Below are positions 57,901 to 64,000 of a DNA stretch of 64,000 nucleotides, in pieces. This DNA comes from Eledone cirrhosa (lineage: Eukaryota), in assembly GCA_964016885.1 (NCBI GenBank), contig OZ024740.1:319176001-319240000 (forward strand). Direction: 5' to 3'. Positions within the stretch are counted from its first letter, which is position 1. Each line of letters starts with the position of its first letter. A program made the translations under genes and the position numbers. Below the pieces are notes generated by a model. That model was given only the letters and a program-made list of their open reading frames with translations, was not told where the DNA came from and ran no database searches.

Positions 57901-60900
57901 ACTCACAACAAATAATCAAGGATTGTCACGTCTATTTCCACAACTTACATTCTATCTGATATTCTAACGACACTACCAATTCGAAGTCTTTCTACTACAG
58001 TACTCACAACAAATATTCAAGGTTTGTAACGTCTATTTCCACAACTTACATTCTATCTGACATTCTAACGACTCTACCAATTCGAAGTCTTTCTACTACA
58101 ATACTCACGACAAATAATCCAGGATTGTCTCCTCTATTTCAACAACTTACATTCTATCTGACATTCTAACGACTCTACCAATTCGAGGTCTTTCTACTAC
58201 AATACTCACAACAAATAATCCAGGATTGTCTCGTCTATTTCCACAACTTACATTCCATCTCACATTCTAACGACTCTACCAATTCGAGGTCTTTCTACTA
58301 AAATACTAACTTCAAATAATCCAGGATTGTCTCGTCTGTTTCCACAACTTACATTCCATCTCACATTCTAACGACTCTACCAATTCGAAGTCTTTCTACT
58401 ACAGTACTCACAACAAATATTCAAGGTTTGTATCGTCTATTTCCACAACTTACATTGATCTGACATTCTAACGACTGTACCAATTCGAAGCCTTTCTACT
58501 ACAATACTCACAACAAATAATCCAGGATTGTCTCGTCTATTTCCACACCTTACATTCTATCTGACATTCTAACGACTCTACCAATTCGAAGTCTTTCTAC
58601 TACAATACTAACTTCAAATAATCCAGGATTGTCTCGTCTATTTCCACAACTTACATTCTATCTGACATTCTAACGACTCTACCAATTCGAAGTCTTTCTA
58701 CTACAATACTCACAACAAATAATCTAGGATTGTCTCGTCTATTTCCACAACTTACATTCTATCTGACATTCTAACGACTCTACCAATTCGAAGTCTTTCT
58801 ACTACAATACTCACAACAAATAATCCAGGATTGTCTCGTCTATTTCCACACCTTACATTTTATCTGATATTCTAACGACTCTACCCATAAGCTGTATTTC
58901 TACTACAATACTAACTTCAAATAATCCAGGATTGTCACGTCTATTTCCACAACTTACATTCTATCTGATATTCTAACGACTCTACCAATTCGAAGTCTTT
59001 CTACTACAATACTAACAACAAATAATTTACGATTGTCTCGTCTATTTCCACAACTTACATTCTATCTGACGTTCTAACGATTCTACCCATTCGCTGTATT
59101 TCTACTAAAATACTAACTTCAAATAATCCAGGATTGTCTCGTCTATTTCCACAACTTACATTCTATCTGACATTCTAACGACTCGACCAATTCGAAGTCT
59201 TTCTACTACAATACTCACAACAAATAATCAAGGATTGTAACGTCTATTTCCACAACTTACATTCTATCTGTCATTCTAACGACTCTACCAATTCGAAGTC
59301 TTTCTACTACAATACTCACAACAAATAATCCAGGATTGTCTCGTCTATTTCCACACCTTACATTCTATCTGACATTCTAACGACTCTACCAATTCGAAGT
59401 CTTTCTACTACAATACTCACAACAAATAATCCAGGATTGTCTCCTCTATTTCCACAACTTACATTCTATCTGTCATTCTAACGACACTACCAATTCGAAG
59501 TCTTTCTACTACAATACTAACTTTAAATAATCCAGGATTGTCTCCTCTATTTCAACAACTTACATTCTATCTGACATTCTAACGACTCTACCAATTTGAG
59601 GTCTTTCTACTACAATACTCACAACAAATTATCCAGGATTGTCTCGTCTATTTCTACACCTTACATTCTATCTGACATTCTAACGACTCTACCAATTCGC
59701 TGTATTTCTACTAAAATACTAACTTCAAATAATCCAGGATCGTCTCGTCTATTTCCACAACTTACATTCTATCTGATATTCTAACGACTCTACCAATTCA
59801 AGGTCTTTCTACTACAATACTCACAACAAATAATCCAGGATTGTCTCGTCTATTTCCACATCTTACATTCTATCTCACATTCTAACGACTCTACCAATTC
59901 GCTGTTTTTCTAATACAATACCAACTTCAAATAATCCGGGATTGTCTCGTCTATTTCCACAACTTACATTCTGTCTGACATTCTAACGACTCTACCAATT
60001 CGAAGTCATTCTACTACAATACTCACAACAAATAATCAAGGATTGTCACGTCTATTTCCACAACTTACATTCTATCTGATATTCTAACGACAATACCAAT
60101 TCGAAGTCTTTCTACTACAATACTAACTTTAAATAATCCAGGATTGTCTCCTCTATTTCAACAACTTACATTCTATCTGACATTCTAACGACTCTACCAA
60201 TTCGAGGTCTTTCTACTACAATACTCACAACAAATAATCCAGGATTGTCTCGTCTATTTCCACACCTTACATTCCATCTCACATTCTAACGACTCTACCA
60301 ATTCGAGGTCTTTCTACTAAAATACTAACTTCAAATAATCCAGGATTGTCTCGTCTGTTTCCACAACTTACATTCCATCTCACATTCTAACGACTCTACC
60401 AATTCGAAGTCTTTCTACTACAATACTAACAACAAATAATTTACGATTGTCTCGTCTATTTCCACAACTTACATTCTATCTGACGTTCTAACGATTCTAC
60501 CCATTCGCTGTATTTCTACTAAAATACTAACTTCAAATAATCCAGGATTGTCTCGTCTATTTCCACAACTTACATTCTATCTGACATTCAAACGACTCGA
60601 CCAATTCGAAGTCTTTCTACTACAATACTCACAACAAATAATCAAGGATTGTAACGTCTATTTCCACAACTTACATTCTATCTGTCATTCTAACGACTCT
60701 ACCAATTCGAAGTCTTTCTACTACAATACTCACAACAAATAATCCAGGATTGTCTCGTCTATTTCCACACCTTACATTCTATCTGACATTCTAACGACTC
60801 TACCAATTCGAAGTCTTTCTACTACAATACTCACAACAAATAATCCAGGATTGTCTCCTCTATTTCCACAACTTACATTCTATCTGTCATTCTAACGACA

Positions 60901-63900
60901 CTACCAATTCGAAGTCTTTCTACTACAATACTAACTTTAAATAATCCAGGATTGTCTCCTCTATTTCAACAACTTACATTCTATCTGACATTCTAACGAC
61001 TCTACCAATTTGAGGTCTTTCTACTACAATACTCACAACAAATTATCCAGGATTGTCTCGTCTATTTCTACACCTTACATTCTATCTGACATTCTAACGA
61101 CTCTACCAATTCGCTGTATTTCTACTAAAATACTAACTTCAAATAATCCAGGATTGTCTCATCTATTTCCACAACTTACATTCTATCTGATATTCTAACG
61201 ACTCTACCAATTCAAGGTCTTTCTACTACAATACTCACAACAAATAATCCGGGATTGTCTCGTCTATTTACACAACTTACATTCTGTCTGACATTCTAAC
61301 GACTCTACCAATTCGAAGTCATTCTACTACAATACTCACAACAAATAATCCAGGATTGTCTCGTCTATTTCCACAACTTACATTCTATCTAAAAGTCTAA
61401 CGACTCTACCAATTCGAAGTCTTTCTACTACAATACTAACATCAACTAATCTAGGATTGTCTCGTCTATTTCCACAACATACATATCTGACATTCTAACG
61501 ACTCTACCAATTTGAAGTCTTTCTACTACAATACTCACAACAAATAATCAAGGATTGTCACGTCTATTTCCACAACTTACATTCTATCTGATATTCTAAC
61601 GACAATACCAATTCGAAATCTTTCTACTACAATACTAACTTTAAATAATCCAGGATTGTCTCCTCTATTTCAACAACTTACATTCTATCTGACATTCTAA
61701 CGACTCTACCAATTCGAGGTCTTTCTACTACAATACTCACAACAAATAATCCAGGATTGTCTCGTCTATATCCACACCTTACATTCTATCTGACATTCTA
61801 ACGACTCTACCAATTCGAAGTCTTTCTACTACAATACTCACAACAAATAATCCAGGATTGTCTCGTCTATTTCCACACCTTACATTTTATCTGATATTCT
61901 AACGACTCTACCCATAAGCTGTATTTCTACTACAATACTAACTTCAAATAATCCAGGATTGTCACGTCTATTTCCACAACTTACATTCTATCAGATATTC
62001 TAACGACTCGACCAATTCGAAGTCTTTCTACTACAATACTCACAACAAATAATCAAGGATTGTAACGTCTATTTCAACAACTTACATTCTATCTGACATT
62101 CTAACGACTCTACCAATTCGAAGTCTTTCTACTACAATACTCACGACAAATAATCCAGGATTGTCTCCTCTATTTCAACAACTTACATTCTATCTGACAT
62201 TCTAACGACTCTACCAATTCGAGGTCTTTCTACTACAATACTAACAACAAATAATCCAGGATTGTCTCGTCTATTTCCACAACTTACATTCCATCTCACA
62301 TTCTAACGACTCTACCAATTCGAGGTCTTTCTACTAAAATACTAACTTCAAATAATCCAGGATTGTCTCGTCTGTTTCCACAACTTACATTCCATCTCAC
62401 ATTCTAACGACTCTACCAATTCGAAGTCTTTCTACTACAGTACTCACAACAAATATTCAAGGTTTGTATCGTCTATTTCCACAACTTACATTGATCTGAC
62501 ATTCTAACGACTGTACCAATTCGAAGCCTTTCTACTACAATACTCACAACAAATAATCCAGGATTGTCTCGTCTATTTCCACACCTTACATTCTATCTGA
62601 CATTCTAACGACTCTACCAATTCGAAGTCTTTCTACTACAATACTAACTTCAAATAATCCAGGATTGTCTCGTCTATTTCCACAACTTACATTCTATCTG
62701 ACATTCTAACGACTCTACCAATTCGAAGTCTTTCTACTACAATACTCACAACAAATAATCTAGGATTGTCTCGTCTATTTCCACAACTTACATTCTATCT
62801 GACATTCTAACGACTCTACCAATTCGAAGTCTTTCTACTACAATACTCACAACAAATAATCCAGGATTGTCTCGTCTATTTCCACACCTTACATTTTATC
62901 TGATATTCTAACGACTCTACCCATAAGCTGTATTTCTACTACAATACTAACTTCAAATAATCCAGGATTGTCACGTCTATTTCCACACCTTACATTCTAT
63001 CAGATATTCTAACGACTCTACCAATTCGAAGTCTTTCTACTACAATACTAACAACAAATAATTTACGATTATCTCGTTTATTTCCACAACTTACATTCTA
63101 TCTGACGTTCTAACGATTCTACCCATTCGCTGTATTTCTACTAAAATACTAACTTCAAATAATCCAGGATTGTCTCGTCTATTTCCACAACTTACATTCT
63201 ATCTGACATTCTAACGACTCGACCAATTCGAAGTCTTTCTACTACAATACTCACAACAAATAATCAAGGATTGTAACGTCTATTTCCACAACTTACATTC
63301 TATCTGTCATTCTAACGACTCTACCAATTCGAAGTCTTTCTACTACAATACTCACAACAAATAATCCAGGATTGTCTCGTCTATTTCCACACCTTACATT
63401 CTATCTGACATTCTAACGACTCTACCAATTCGAAGTCTTTCTACTACAATACTCACAACAAATAATCCAGGATTGTCTCCTCTATTTCCACAACTTACAT
63501 TCTATCTGTCATTCTAACGACACTACCAATTCGAAGTCTTTCTACTACAATACTAACTTTAAATAATCCAGGATTGTCTCCTCTATTTCAACAACTTACA
63601 TTCTATCTGACATTCTAACGACTCTACCAATTTGAGGTCTTTCTACTACAATACTCACAACAAATTATCCAGGATTGTCTCGTCTATTTCTACACCTTAC
63701 ATTCTATCTGACATTCTAACGACTCTACCAATTCGCTGTATTTCTACTAAAATACTAATTTCAAATAATCCAGGATTGTCTCATCTATTTCCACAACTTA
63801 CATTCTATCTGATATTCTAACGACTCTACCAATTCAAGGTCTTTCTACTACAATACTCACAACAAATAATCCAGGATTGTCTCGTCTATTTCCACATCTT

Positions 63901-64000
63901 ACATTCTATCTCACATTCTAACGACTCTACCAATTCGCTGTTTTTCTAATACAATACCAACTTCAAATAATCCGGGATTGTCTCGTCTATTTCCACAACT
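52000..64000 (+). repeat. Irregular long HOR of about 26-30 monomers (2.6-3.0 kb), 4-5 full or partial copies
   Basis: The GATCTG of the CATTGATCTG variant is at 52711, 55535, 58457 and 62493. TTACGATT is at 53281, 56004, 59027, 60441 and 63063 (offsets 2723, 3023, 1414, 2622). Confidence 0.85.

Larger units (their letters stand above)
1..64000 (+). repeat. Tandem satellite DNA array, 101-bp monomer, ~634 copies, single orientation, running off both window edges
   Basis: TTCTACTACAATACT starts at 1, 102, 203 and so on with period 101 through to the end. Every line read matches the consensus apart from a few substitutions and occasional 1-8 bp indels. No non-repeat sequence seen. Confidence 0.99.

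Noticed and set aside
31445-63820. The 13 ORFs of 62-64 aa in the ORF track (MKSFYYNTHNK..., MRSFYY..., MSRLFPQ...)
   Set aside because: They start at TTG rather than ATG (mostly created by the TTCGAAG>TTTGAAG or TTTGAGG variant) and extend only where a substitution removes a TAA. The period of 101 is not a multiple of 3. The G-poor + strand has only three stop triplets per consensus monomer, so ~60-codon open stretches arise by chance. No gene context is present.
1-64000. CRISPR array or repeat-spacer system
   Set aside because: There are no unique spacers. All 101 positions belong to one consensus, the variable segments use only a handful of recurring alleles, and there are no cas genes or leader.
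1-64000. Tandem RNA genes (5S rRNA, tRNA, snRNA, spliced leader) or telomeric repeat
   Set aside because: I see no recognisable Pol III A/B/C boxes, cloverleaf or known RNA sequence. Eight G against 28 C precludes extensive stems, and there is no short G-rich telomere motif.
1-64000. Embedded transposon, inversion or foreign insert
   Set aside because: Reading through, I found no break in the monomer pattern and no reverse-complement (G-rich) segment. A very short insert could have been missed by eye.
1-64000. Repeat-protein gene (mucin- or LRR-like, S/T/L-rich translation)
   Set aside because: The frame shifts with every monomer, stops recur in all six frames, and 1-, 2- and 8-bp indels are tolerated and propagated.

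Overview
The whole 64 kb window is one uninterrupted head-to-tail tandem array of a 101-bp satellite monomer, about 634 copies, all in the same orientation. Consensus read from the sequence: TTCTACTACAATACTCACAACAAATAATCCAGGATTGTCTCGTCTATTTCCACAACTTACATTCTATCTGACATTCTAACGACTCTACCAATTCGAAGTCT (A32 C28 G8 T33, about 36% GC, strongly G-poor on the + strand). I saw no genes, RNA genes, transposon insertions, inversions or CRISPR spacers, and all 13 listed ORFs are artefacts of the repeat. The informative structure lies in the order of monomer variants. There are nested higher-order repeats (HORs) and block duplications, always near whole multiples of 101 bp: 2-mers (202), a 4-mer (404), a 7-mer (707), a 10-mer (1008), a 15-mer (1515), a 16-mer (1614, about 5 copies), a 17-mer (1714), 26-30-mers (2.6-3.0 kb), a 41-mer offset (4121) and a ~64-mer (6.36-6.56 kb). 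The variant repertoire changes at about 17.5-19.4 kb. This architecture is typical of eukaryotic centromeric or pericentromeric satellite DNA. I do not recognise the family or organism, and centromeric function is an inference only. All offsets were counted by hand from diagnostic variants and block boundaries are approximate.
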